Below are positions 40,641 to 49,600 of a stretch of DNA of 64,000 nucleotides, piece by piece (positions within the stretch are counted from its first letter, which is position 1; each line of letters starts with the position of its first letter). A program made the position numbers and the translations under genes. The notes beneath the pieces are model-generated. The model was not told the DNA's origin. It was given only the letters and a program-made list of their open reading frames with translations, and did no database searches. Source of the DNA: a virus; IMG/VR virus record IMGVR_UViG_3300024252_000004, positions 280,770 through 344,769 of that record; one strand, given 5' to 3'.

Positions 40641-41561
40641 ATGCTCCGTAGACTATTCAGTATGTTCAGTGGATCCGCTCCTACCATCAAGGCAAGGAAC
40701 GTGACACATAAGTACCTGTCCAACGCTCAGGTGTTGGCCAAGGCAATGGGGGATAAGCTTAGGATTAATCCTTCTGCCACCGCCCCCAAGGGAAAGAATC
40801 TTTTCATCATCGACTTCTATGGCGATAAGATGGCTTCCCGCGCAGAATTTCTTGGAGAGGAGATTTCTTCCTTGATGACCGTTGCAAATCCGGAGACTGA
40901 TGCGGTCCTTATCCGCCTCAATTCTCCTGGTGGAGCCGCACACGCATACGGATATGCGGCTTCTCAGATTGAAAGACTCAGAAAGCGTGGCCTTCATGTC
41001 ACTGTGTCTGTAGATCGCGTAGCCGCTTCCGGTGGTTACTGGATGGCTTGTGTTGCGGATAAGGTTATCGCAGCGCCTTACTCTATCATCGGTTCCATTG
41101 GAGTCGTTGCAGAGTTTCCGAACTTCGCAAAGGTCCTTGAGAATCTCGGAGTTGAGTACAAGCAGTACACTGCTGGTAAGTTTAAGAGAACCGTATCTCC
41201 TTTCACCGAGGCAGATGAAGAGGGTGAGGCAGAGTTTGTTCGATCTCTCAATGAGATTTACGATGACTTCAGAGAGCACGTTATCTCCTTCCGTCCCGAC
41301 GTTGATGCTGACGAGGTAGCTAACGGTAGAACTTGGAATGGAACCAGGGCTCTTGAGATTGGCCTTGTTGATGAGGTTCTTACTTCGGAAGAGTTCATCG
41401 GGCGTGCTTGCACAGAGTTCTCGGCAATTAAGATTGAGTTCATCGGCGAAAGAGATAGTTTGGGCCGCATGATCGGAACTGGCATCGCAACGACTCTGTC
41501 TGACATCATCAGCCTTTCGATTGAGAAGCTGTTTGTCAACATGGGAATGTCGTGGAAGTAG
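40641..41561 (+). CDS. S49-family serine peptidase (SppA-like; candidate prohead protease)
   Basis: ATG 40641 after AAGGAAG; LIRLNSPGGAAHAYGYAASQIERLRKRG..SVDRVAASGGYWMA..KQYTAGKFK ClpP/crotonase-fold S49 signature. Confidence 0.7.
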   Translation: MLRRLFSMFSGSAPTIKARNVTHKYLSNAQVLAKAMGDKLRINPSATAPKGKNLFIIDFYGDKMASRAEFLGEEISSLMTVANPETDAVLIRLNSPGGAAHAYGYAASQIERLRKRGLHVTVSVDRVAASGGYWMACVADKVIAAPYSIIGSIGVVAEFPNFAKVLENLGVEYKQYTAGKFKRTVSPFTEADEEGEAEFVRSLNEIYDDFREHVISFRPDVDADEVANGRTWNGTRALEIGLVDEVLTSEEFIGRACTEFSAIKIEFIGERDSLGRMIGTGIATTLSDIISLSIEKLFVNMGMSWK

Positions 41562-41989
41562 ATAGAATATACAAATACGCCGAACTTCCTCCAGAAAAAG
41601 GAGTAGTTAAGTTCGGCTGGGGAGCTACAGAGGAAATGCCAGAGACAGATTACGTCTTAGGCTATCATTCCCGTTCTAAGTTCGCCACAGAGGAAGAGGT
41701 CAGTCTTTCTCGCAAAGAAGGGACTAATGCAGCCTCCGTGGCTGATTACACAAAGTTTCTGCAAAGCCTTACAGGAAGTACTCCAGAAGCATTCTATGAG
41801 AAATGGGATGGAAAAGAGGATGAGCTTAAGGCTTTTTGGTCAGCAAATTTCAGCAATGCCGATCCCAAACAATATCTATTTGTTTGGAAGCTATCAAGAC
41901 TGTTAGTCACTGGCAAGAAATTCGTAATGTATAGTAGGGGATTTAGGCTGGTGAAAAATGAGACAGGAGACACGCCGACAGAGGTATAA
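41552..41989 (+). CDS. hypothetical protein
   Basis: 145-aa ORF (GTG start). Confidence 0.4.
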   Translation: MEVDRIYKYAELPPEKGVVKFGWGATEEMPETDYVLGYHSRSKFATEEEVSLSRKEGTNAASVADYTKFLQSLTGSTPEAFYEKWDGKEDELKAFWSANFSNADPKQYLFVWKLSRLLVTGKKFVMYSRGFRLVKNETGDTPTEV

Positions 41990-42476
41990 TGGGAAAAAGA
42001 ATGATGCAATTTCTTTACCGCTTAGCATTGTCACGGTCAACTTTGATTTTGATGACAATCTTGCTTTCACAATCAGAACCGCTGCTTGCTATGGTGTGGG
42101 CACTATTTATGTAATAGGCTCCGTACCGGACAGAAGTTTTTTGAACTCTCGCTCCGGCAGTCTGTATGACTACGTTGACATCTACTCTTTCTCTCAGCCG
42201 AGAGACTTTACAGAGTTTGCAAAGAAGAACGGGTATAATATAGTGTCGGCCGAGCTTTCGGATGATTCTGTAAGCCTGTTCGATTACAAATTCGACATGG
42301 ACACGCATACGTGTCTGGTGTTAGGCCATGAAACAACTGGCGTACCCATCGAATGTACCTTGAATGGAGATAATGTTTTCATACCAATGCTCGGAGTAGG
42401 GTTTTGTTTGAATACGTCCCAGACAGGAACAGCAATCATGACAGAGTATGTTCGTCAGTATTTGGAGAGAAAATGA
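41958..42476 (+). CDS. SpoU/TrmH-family RNA 2'-O-methyltransferase (SPOUT)
   Basis: CLVLGHETTGVP..FIPMLG..LNTSQTGTAIM matches SpoU motifs 2 and 3. Confidence 0.6.
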   Translation: MRQETRRQRYNGKKNDAISLPLSIVTVNFDFDDNLAFTIRTAACYGVGTIYVIGSVPDRSFLNSRSGSLYDYVDIYSFSQPRDFTEFAKKNGYNIVSAELSDDSVSLFDYKFDMDTHTCLVLGHETTGVPIECTLNGDNVFIPMLGVGFCLNTSQTGTAIMTEYVRQYLERK

Positions 42477-42666
42477 GGAAGCTTGTTAAGAAGGCGGTGA
42501 AGGTTGTTGTTACACCAGTTGCAACAGCCGCTGTTATGTCACAGTGGGCAATTGTAATTCTTGCCCTTTATGCACAGACAATTCGTCGCAACTATGGATC
42601 TAATAAGGAAGACTAATCTAATAATGAAGTGAGTTATAGTGAACGCTCACTTCACAGGGATTAGTC

Positions 42667-43854
42667 ATGGGAACAGTAGATAGATATACAGATGATTTAA
42701 AAGTAAAGCTCTCGTCAGGAAAGACGTTAACGCTTGATGCGGATACGGTTGCCTTCACAGGTGATGTGTCAATATCAGGTGCGTTAGGCAACACGACAAT
42801 CACTGGTAGTTTGTCAGTATCAAGTACGGCAACATTCAGTGGCTCCATAGTGGCCAATGGCGATATCACAAGAGCCGCTACTTTATCGATCACAGCAACC
42901 GGTGTTTCTTCGGATCTAACGTTAACATCAGGAAGGGACATTAACTTAGTCGGAAACGACGATATTAATGTGACTCCAACAAATGATTACGATTTGACTG
43001 CTGGAGACGAGGTTAATATAACCTCTGGCACCACCTGTGCGGTGATTGCATATTCATCGCTGTCATTGACTGGAGCCTTTGGCCTAACTCAATGTGCGGT
43101 AAATATAAGTTCTTCTGGGCTCTTCCTTTCTGGAACACAAGACTCCACTTATGTGGTGGACCTTTTGAACAGGTCAACGACTGTTGGCTCTGATGTCTTA
43201 ATGGTTAGAACCTTGACAGAGTCTCCATCTTCCTCGACAAGATACGCGACATTTGCTTCCGGTGCTGCTCAGACCACAAGAGGTTTGATCAGGGGAGCAG
43301 CTACCGCAACATCGAGTGCCTTCTATTCGGAAGGAACATCTGGAGACTCCGCAGCGTATGGTATTTCACCAGACAATGTAGAAGTCAATAGTACGGGAGA
43401 CTGCGTATTCGTTTCCGGTTCTGCTGATTATGGTGAGTTCATTGAGTGTGGCGATTTAAGTGAGTGGCCCGTAGAGGTTCCAGAGGGTGACAAATACCTC
43501 GGACTACCAGAGGGCTACATAGTGTATGTAAGGGATAAGGCATTCTACAAAGAAGGCCCAGGGACACCGATGGTGGTATCTCATAGATCAATCATTGTTG
43601 GTAACGAAAGAGTTGACGAAGAATCAGTTGGACAGGTAATGTCCTTCATTGGTCAGGTTCCTGTATTGGTTACAGGAGTTGTCAACTCTGGAGACTTGCT
43701 CATCCCTACAGGAGATTTCTATGCAGAAGCATTCTCTCCTGATAACATTACCTTAGCTCAGTATATGAGAGCAATAGGTACAGCGTGGGAGTCTTCTGAT
43801 AAAGAAGACATGAAGAGGGTCATGTGTTCTGTGGGTGTAAAAAACACTTATTGA
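42667..43854 (+). CDS. tail fiber/tailspike-like structural protein
   Basis: 395 aa, Ser/Thr/Gly-rich beta-repeat region (SISGALGNTTITGSLSVSSTATFSGS..). Confidence 0.5.
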   Translation: MGTVDRYTDDLKVKLSSGKTLTLDADTVAFTGDVSISGALGNTTITGSLSVSSTATFSGSIVANGDITRAATLSITATGVSSDLTLTSGRDINLVGNDDINVTPTNDYDLTAGDEVNITSGTTCAVIAYSSLSLTGAFGLTQCAVNISSSGLFLSGTQDSTYVVDLLNRSTTVGSDVLMVRTLTESPSSSTRYATFASGAAQTTRGLIRGAATATSSAFYSEGTSGDSAAYGISPDNVEVNSTGDCVFVSGSADYGEFIECGDLSEWPVEVPEGDKYLGLPEGYIVYVRDKAFYKEGPGTPMVVSHRSIIVGNERVDEESVGQVMSFIGQVPVLVTGVVNSGDLLIPTGDFYAEAFSPDNITLAQYMRAIGTAWESSDKEDMKRVMCSVGVKNTY

Positions 43855-43868
43855 TAACAAACATATAA

Positions 43869-44135
43869 TTGAAACTTGTTGAGGTAAATATGACCACAGA
43901 AGATAATGTATATACGTGGATTTGTCTGCGTTACGATTCCGTTGGCTTGGTGACTGCTGAGCTTAGATGGGACAATGAAACAGTTGAAACTCTTGGAGGC
44001 TCACACTCAAAGTGGACTCCGGTGAAATTTCATGCACAGAGCAAATGGGGCAATAGCCTGCCGATTCATTGGCATGGTTACGAGATCCCTGAGGCTGTCA
44101 AAATCGATGGAGTCATCGAAGTATCGGAAGACTGA
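43869..44135 (+). CDS. hypothetical protein
   Basis: 88-aa ORF. Confidence 0.4.
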   Translation: MKLVEVNMTTEDNVYTWICLRYDSVGLVTAELRWDNETVETLGGSHSKWTPVKFHAQSKWGNSLPIHWHGYEIPEAVKIDGVIEVSED

Positions 44136-44434
44136 TGACTGACGTAGTAATGTATGATTTACTTGATCAGCCACTGCGTATCGGTGACGAAGTCATTTAT
44201 GCAAATAGTGGCCGCTTATGGAAAGGCAAGCTCCTTTATGTAAGCGGCCTCACTTGCGGATCTTGTCAGATAACAGTTCCAGAACTTGGTGGCAGGGTTG
44301 TAACGTTGCAACTTAGGAAGAGTAGAACTCCTTCTTATATCAGGACCTCTCAGCGTAAGCAGATTGAAACTGGTGAGTTTAAGATTAAGAGTTCAAGGTT
44401 AATTAAGATAGAGAAAGGTTCTGTGAAAGAGTAA
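44135..44434 (+). CDS. hypothetical protein
   Basis: 99-aa ORF. Confidence 0.4.
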   Translation: MTDVVMYDLLDQPLRIGDEVIYANSGRLWKGKLLYVSGLTCGSCQITVPELGGRVVTLQLRKSRTPSYIRTSQRKQIETGEFKIKSSRLIKIEKGSVKE

Positions 44435-44443
44435 TAAAAACTC

Positions 44444-44846
44444 GGGGGCGTTTTGGATTCGACCGGGTAACAGATAGGAATAGTGCAAGCCGATCAAGGT
44501 AACTCAGATCGTTATAAGCGTTACAAAAAACAAACTAGTTGACGACTATTCATTCGTGTACGCAAACGCAGGCAGAGGCTTCGGCGCTCCTGTAGTAGCA
44601 TACGCCTAATTCCGATTTAGGCATGTGGACTCTGTGTTCCATATATCCAAACACAGATAAGTGGTTGAACGCACTGACATAAACATTGTTCAAAAATGGA
44701 GTAGCCCGAAAGGGAGGAGGCGTCTATCATTTGGCGTCAGGGGATAAAATGAATACTTTGCCTATTTAGAGAAATGGGATAAGCTTGTGAACGACTTGAA
44801 ATTGACGTTATGCGACACGAGGGTTCGACTCCCTCCGCCTCCACCA
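44444..44846 (+). ncRNA. ssrA: tmRNA (SsrA), standard one-piece
   Basis: 5' GGGGGCGTTTTGGATTCGACCGGG and 3' GAGGGTTCGACTCCCTCCGCCTCCACCA match tmRNA termini; acceptor GGGGGCG/CGCCTCC with G3-U70 and A73; tag frame GCA AAC GCA GGC AGA GGC TTC GGC GCT CCT GTA GTA GCA TAC GCC TAA (ANAGRGFGAPVVAYA). Confidence 0.85.
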
Positions 44847-44860
44847 TCAAAACTTGCCTG

Positions 44861-44892
44861 CTCCACCTTAATTGCGTATAATTAAGGTGGAG
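44861..44892 (+). promoter_or_regulatory. perfect 13-bp hairpin sequestering the RBS of HNH gene 44900
   Basis: CTCCACCTTAATT-GCGTAT-AATTAAGGTGGAG; SD GGTGGAGG lies in the 3' arm, ATG 8 nt downstream. Confidence 0.55.
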
Positions 44893-44899
44893 GGCAAAT

Positions 44900-45493
44900 A
44901 TGTCACAAATAGAGTTAACTTGCGAAATATGCGGAACTACCTTTAGTAGGGCTAAGAAAGAGTACAATAGATCTCTTAAGCTTGACAGGAGAATGTTCTG
45001 TTCAAGAAGCTGCACAGGAAAAGGTGTTAAGAATAATCTTGGAGACCAATTAGGTATAGGCAGACCTTCTAATTTGAATTCTGGAAATAGACAAGATGAA
45101 TATTCCCCATTTAGATACTTTGTAAAAAAAGCGCGTGAAAGAAAGCACAAGTATGATATAGATGTAGAATATCTTAAAGTCTTATGGGAAATACAAGATG
45201 GTAGGTGTGCATTGAGCGGGCTAAAGATGGTATTGCCAAAGAATGCATCTGTTTGGGAAAAAGATAAAGGCAATCCTTGGAAGCCAAGTCTCGACAGAAC
45301 GGATCCCTCTGTTGGCTATATGAAGGGCAATGTTAGATTTGTTTGCAATATTGGAAACCTTTGCAAAAACATTTGGCCAGACGATACCGTGTACCATTTC
45401 TGCAAAGAGGTAGCGAAGAATATGGCAAAGCCTGTGCGTTGCGGCGGATTAGATTATAAGGAGGCAGAGGATGGGCAAGAAAGAAGCTCTTGA
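44900..45493 (+). CDS. HNH-family homing endonuclease (putative)
   Basis: N-terminal Cys pairs; RCALSGLKM..SLDRTDPSVGYMKGNVRFVCNIGN resembles HNH_3/AP2-type motif; directly follows tmRNA. Confidence 0.5.
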   Translation: MSQIELTCEICGTTFSRAKKEYNRSLKLDRRMFCSRSCTGKGVKNNLGDQLGIGRPSNLNSGNRQDEYSPFRYFVKKARERKHKYDIDVEYLKVLWEIQDGRCALSGLKMVLPKNASVWEKDKGNPWKPSLDRTDPSVGYMKGNVRFVCNIGNLCKNIWPDDTVYHFCKEVAKNMAKPVRCGGLDYKEAEDGQERSS

Positions 45494-45767
45494 AGAGGAA
45501 ATCAAAAGGTTAGAATTAAAACTTGAGAAACTTAAATCTGTTGAAAAGTGGATTAGGCCGCTCTCAGATTATTCTGACGAATAGAAGATAATGGAATTTG
45601 ATTTGCTTTATGGGCAAGCTTTAGAGCATTTAAACGAAATAGAGTCTTCAGGATATGCCGATGATGATGCTGCGCATTATATGTTTAAATCCATGATGGA
45701 TCTGTTATCTCCATTTGATTCTTCAATTTGGGACTATTACAATTCATTAACGTAATAAGGAGAGAAA

Positions 45768-46031
45768 GTGCTAAGTAGAGCTGAGAAACTTGCTAAGCTA
45801 TCTGAATGGATAGAGGCTCGTAAGCAATACTCTAAGGTATGTAACGATGCAATCTCTCTGTTGAAAAAGGACCTTTCGGTAAATTGCGATCATCCAGAGG
45901 ATTTTGTTTCACCATACAGGTGGGAATGGGATGATGGATATGGGAAACAGAAGATGATGGACGGTAAGCGCTGTACCATATGTCTCAAAGTCAAGCGATG
46001 GGATAGTAGCAGTATTTGGAGTGATGAGTGA
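45768..46031 (+). CDS. hypothetical protein
   Basis: 87-aa ORF. Confidence 0.4.
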   Translation: MLSRAEKLAKLSEWIEARKQYSKVCNDAISLLKKDLSVNCDHPEDFVSPYRWEWDDGYGKQKMMDGKRCTICLKVKRWDSSSIWSDE

Positions 46032-46246
46032 TACACGTTTTAACTTTTGATATGACATCTGTGTCTGGAGACGAGCATTCGGCTCATATTGTTCTTAACT
46101 CAAAAGAGGATGCCGAAAAGGTCCAGAGATATCTTATTGAGAACAACGTAGTTAATGGCTCATGTCCTTTTCACAATTTTGATATTTCACCTTATGTTCC
46201 GGAAAAGTCAATGTCATTTGAAGAATGGAAGGAAAGGTGGGGATGA
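46028..46246 (+). CDS. hypothetical protein
   Basis: 72-aa ORF. Confidence 0.35.
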   Translation: MIHVLTFDMTSVSGDEHSAHIVLNSKEDAEKVQRYLIENNVVNGSCPFHNFDISPYVPEKSMSFEEWKERWG

Positions 46247-46419
46247 TCAAACGGTTCATTCTGAAAAAGCTTCTTCCTTTCAGGGAGAGATATTGGGTTA
46301 TTGTGACTTTTGAGGATCACACAACTGATGAGTGGCCTGAGGATGTACGGAAATATCATTACGACAGATGTGCTAAGCTGAGAGAGCAGGAAAGACGAAA
46401 CGAAGGAAGAAAAAAATAA
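46225..46419 (+). CDS. hypothetical protein
   Basis: 64-aa ORF. Confidence 0.35.
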   Translation: MEGKVGMIKRFILKKLLPFRERYWVIVTFEDHTTDEWPEDVRKYHYDRCAKLREQERRNEGRKK

Positions 46420-46421
46420 AA

Positions 46422-46649
46422 ATGCTGGATAGGAGCTTCATTGCAGACGTGGAAAAAGCTGCTTACGAATCTCTTACGAATAATGAGTCGTTCGAGATTA
46501 TGGATGTGAGGATTTTCGAAAAATTCGATAGGATTTATCTATCAAATGACGGAAAGCTTGAATTTGTAATGAATAGTAATGCTCGTTCAAAAAGGCTTGC
46601 GGCGCAAAGGCTATCGATAATTGTGCAGGTTAAATTATATTTAGAATGA
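46422..46649 (+). CDS. hypothetical protein
   Basis: 75-aa ORF. Confidence 0.35.
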   Translation: MLDRSFIADVEKAAYESLTNNESFEIMDVRIFEKFDRIYLSNDGKLEFVMNSNARSKRLAAQRLSIIVQVKLYLE

Positions 46650-46840
46650 TAACATGGAGAAAGGATGATTTGGATATTAGAAGTAGATCTTCCATACGAA
46701 TTCTATTTTGAGAATTACGAAGAGTTGCCATATATTCAGCGAATTCTGCATTTGATTTCTGATGAACTATGTGTGCAGTACATTGGTAAAGACGGAGAAG
46801 AACACGTCGCCGTAATTTATATCGAAGAGGAACTTAAAAG

Positions 46841-47200
46841 ATGAAATATGATTTTGTACCAGTAAAGACCAGAGCCCCTAAGTTGATGTGGGAGATTGTA
46901 GCAGAGTTTATGCACGGAGATGCAGATCACTATTCAAAAGAGAAAGTGAAGTTCGCAGAAGAGGACGACTTTCTTGAGAAGGTAAAGATCTTAAAAGACA
47001 GGTTGGCTTATCGTCAGAAGTTCTGGAACGCAGCGATTGATTCAAACAATGCCTGGGCGGACGAACAAGAGGGTTGGCTGGAAGTGCCATTTGAGTATGG
47101 ATCAGATAGTAGCTGGAGAGCTGACATTGATGGCTTTGAATGTTTCTACTATGATGAAAACGGTGTTAAGTTCAAGGTGGTTTTCAATGAAGAAGGTTGA
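46841..47200 (+). CDS. hypothetical protein
   Basis: 119-aa ORF. Confidence 0.45.
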   Translation: MKYDFVPVKTRAPKLMWEIVAEFMHGDADHYSKEKVKFAEEDDFLEKVKILKDRLAYRQKFWNAAIDSNNAWADEQEGWLEVPFEYGSDSSWRADIDGFECFYYDENGVKFKVVFNEEG

Positions 47201-47408
47201 GCTAAATATTCCTTATGCCCTTAAGGTAAAGGACTATCACGATCTATATGATTACGCTAAGATGTTTAAGAACCTTAGTGTGCTTATAGAAATGGAAGAG
47301 ATCGGATTTGATGGCACTGATTATATCGGCATCGTCTACATAGATAAAGGTTCAGAGTATGAGGCTTTGAGGCGAGAACTCATTGAGGATACGTGGCAAG
47401 TCGTATAG
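47187..47408 (+). CDS. hypothetical protein
   Basis: ATG 47187 overlapping previous stop; longer ORF from 47037 lies inside previous gene. Confidence 0.35.
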   Translation: MKKVELNIPYALKVKDYHDLYDYAKMFKNLSVLIEMEEIGFDGTDYIGIVYIDKGSEYEALRRELIEDTWQVV

Positions 47409-47418
47409 AGAGGTAACA

Positions 47419-47988
47419 ATGAATGAGATAACCATAGCTGGAGCAAGATTCCTCGTCGGAAAATTGCCGGAGCATCTAACCCTTGACAAGGATGAGTTCG
47501 AAAAGCTATGGGAGATTCGTCCGTCACATTTCAATGCGATCAGGATGTTTGACAAAGAAGTCTTTATCCCAAGATGGCAACAAGCCTATGGGAAAAATTA
47601 TTTCTTTTCAAACCAGACAAGCGAAGCGCTGCCGATCACAAAAGAACTTGAGCCGTTTCTGCTATGGGCACAGACATTCAATCCTGCATATAACGGGTTG
47701 CTTCTTAACTGGTACGACTCCGATCTAAAGCACTACATAGGTAGGCATACGGATAGCACCACAGGACTCGTAAAGGGCTCGCATATAATTACCGCATCAC
47801 TTGGTGCAGACAGAGCCTTCCGAATTAGGGAGCGCGGTAAGGGTAAAGGTTTTGAGGACTATATTGTCTCTAACGGTTCTGTAGTTGTCATACCTTGGGA
47901 GACCAACCGCACGCACACGCACGAGGTTCCTTATCATGGGAAGTACTCAGGCAAAAGAATTTCTGTAACAGCAAGGGCATTTGTATGA
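47419..47988 (+). CDS. AlkB-like 2OG-Fe(II) dioxygenase
   Basis: ATG 47419; GRHTD (HxD), LGADRAFRIR, VIPWETNRTHTHEVP second His region, fits AlkB family. Confidence 0.6.
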   Translation: MNEITIAGARFLVGKLPEHLTLDKDEFEKLWEIRPSHFNAIRMFDKEVFIPRWQQAYGKNYFFSNQTSEALPITKELEPFLLWAQTFNPAYNGLLLNWYDSDLKHYIGRHTDSTTGLVKGSHIITASLGADRAFRIRERGKGKGFEDYIVSNGSVVVIPWETNRTHTHEVPYHGKYSGKRISVTARAFV

Positions 47989-48362
47989 GAGATGAACTTC
48001 AGCAAAAAATATATGACAAGTATCCTGAAATGTTTAATAATCGTTATCATACAGAAATTCTATGTGGTGATTGCTGGCTTCCAATTGTAGATGCAGCTTG
48101 CCAAAAAATAAAGAGACGACTTAAGGGTACAGGACACTTTGTAAGGTTTATTTCAATTAGTAGCTTATCGTATCCCCCTTCTCTTGGATTTTTGGGACCA
48201 GCGAGACTAAGATTTACTTGGACTTTGGTAAGAAGAGAATTTTATACACATAATGAACCGAGCAATCAGGGCAAGATTTTGATCGGGGAAGTTAAAGAGA
48301 TTTTATGCATGGCTACACGTTTGTCTTTGCTGATACCAGAGGAGATCATAAATGATCGGTAA
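47985..48362 (+). CDS. hypothetical protein
   Basis: ATGA overlap at 47985; ORF open from 47895. Confidence 0.4.
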   Translation: MRDELQQKIYDKYPEMFNNRYHTEILCGDCWLPIVDAACQKIKRRLKGTGHFVRFISISSLSYPPSLGFLGPARLRFTWTLVRREFYTHNEPSNQGKILIGEVKEILCMATRLSLLIPEEIINDR

Positions 48363-48600
48363 ATTATTCGAGTCTATTAACAAGGTGAGAGAGATTAACT
48401 CGGAGCATTGTTATCACAAGGTTCTCGTGTTTGATGAGGATGGGCATTACGAAACTCTCATGATGACGGAACACGAGTTATCTGTAATTAGACAGCGCTC
48501 AGAGAGGAACCGTGACGAGGAGCTTGTTCCTAAGTGGCATGACAAGGCTTATGTTTCTGCTGTTTTTTCGGTAAAGAGTCTATTCGCCAAAGTTTTCTAA
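48352..48600 (+). CDS. hypothetical protein
   Basis: 82-aa ORF. Confidence 0.4.
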   Translation: MIGKLFESINKVREINSEHCYHKVLVFDEDGHYETLMMTEHELSVIRQRSERNRDEELVPKWHDKAYVSAVFSVKSLFAKVF

Positions 48601-48622
48601 ATTTCCCATAAGATGTTATAGG
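48594..48622 (+). promoter_or_regulatory. sigma70-like promoter, family copy 6, pointing into the 3' end of the minus-strand gene 48640-49566 (antisense)
   Basis: TTTCTA-N17(AATTTCCCATAAGATGT)-TATAGG; no plus-strand ORF or tRNA downstream. Confidence 0.5.
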
Positions 48623-48639
48623 ATGACGTAGCCTTTGTT

Positions 48640-49566
48640 TTACGCGATTGAAGCCCACCAAGCTTCGGCGTCAAAGTTCTCATCTTCATCGGCTAATGGC
48701 AATTCTTCCGAATCATCAGGCGTAGGCGCCTGCTGCTCAATAAGGGAAGCAATTGCCATTTGTGCTGTACCGGTAATGAATTCAAGGTTTGGCAGATAAA
48801 GAGTCTTCATGAACTTCTCGGCAGGAGCTTCAACAGCGAGCCATAGAAGCATAGAGATACCAAAGTCTATTGCGGAGACTGTCAAGCCTCCAATTCCAAG
48901 ACCTGCGAAATATCCCAATACTGTCGGCATCAATAGGAGGATATCTTTAAACCCGTCAAGAAGATTGACGACAAAAGAAATTCCTTCGTCCCACAGTAAG
49001 CTGCCAGATTTTGTAAGTTCTACAACGGTTTTGAGTTCGACTGGAGACTCGGAATACTCTTTAGCTTTGCTCATCATTTTTGCAGGCTGTAGTGTGTCCA
49101 TCCAGTTAAGGCCAACGTCACCAGATTTACCCTGTACTTTTTTGAATTCCTGAAAGCCATAATACACATTCTTAATGGCTATTAAGAAACTGAATAGTGG
49201 AGCAGCTTTGCCGAGCAGAGCCATAGCTCCTGCTTCTTTAACAAAGAAATCCTCTGATGTCATATTCATATTTGACATTACAACCCTAAGCTTCTCAGCA
49301 GAATCTTTAATATCTTCAGGGTCAGCTTCTTTTAGCGCCGCTGCATCTTTAAGGTTTTTTGCAGCTTCAACGAGGTATACTATAGCTTTAGTTTGCACCT
49401 GAGTTTCGTGAGGACGTTCGATCTCATTGAGAACTGCTTTCCACGCCTCAAGGTCTCCGCCAACGATATTTGCAGACTTGATTAGCAAGTGCGTAAGCTC
49501 GTCGGCTTCGCGGTTAAGGTTGGCTTCTTTTAGGATATCAATAAGGTATTTAAGTTCTTTGTCCAC
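48640..49566 (-). CDS. hypothetical protein with C-terminal transmembrane helices
   Basis: 308-aa ORF, the only long minus-strand gene here; C-terminal LLMPTVLGYFAGLGIGGLTVSAIDFGISMLLWLAV hydrophobic segments. Confidence 0.55.
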   Translation of the reverse strand: MDKELKYLIDILKEANLNREADELTHLLIKSANIVGGDLEAWKAVLNEIERPHETQVQTKAIVYLVEAAKNLKDAAALKEADPEDIKDSAEKLRVVMSNMNMTSEDFFVKEAGAMALLGKAAPLFSFLIAIKNVYYGFQEFKKVQGKSGDVGLNWMDTLQPAKMMSKAKEYSESPVELKTVVELTKSGSLLWDEGISFVVNLLDGFKDILLLMPTVLGYFAGLGIGGLTVSAIDFGISMLLWLAVEAPAEKFMKTLYLPNLEFITGTAQMAIASLIEQQAPTPDDSEELPLADEDENFDAEAWWASIA

Positions 49567-49600
49567 TGACTGCTCCTAAGCATAAAGGTTTTATTAGTAA

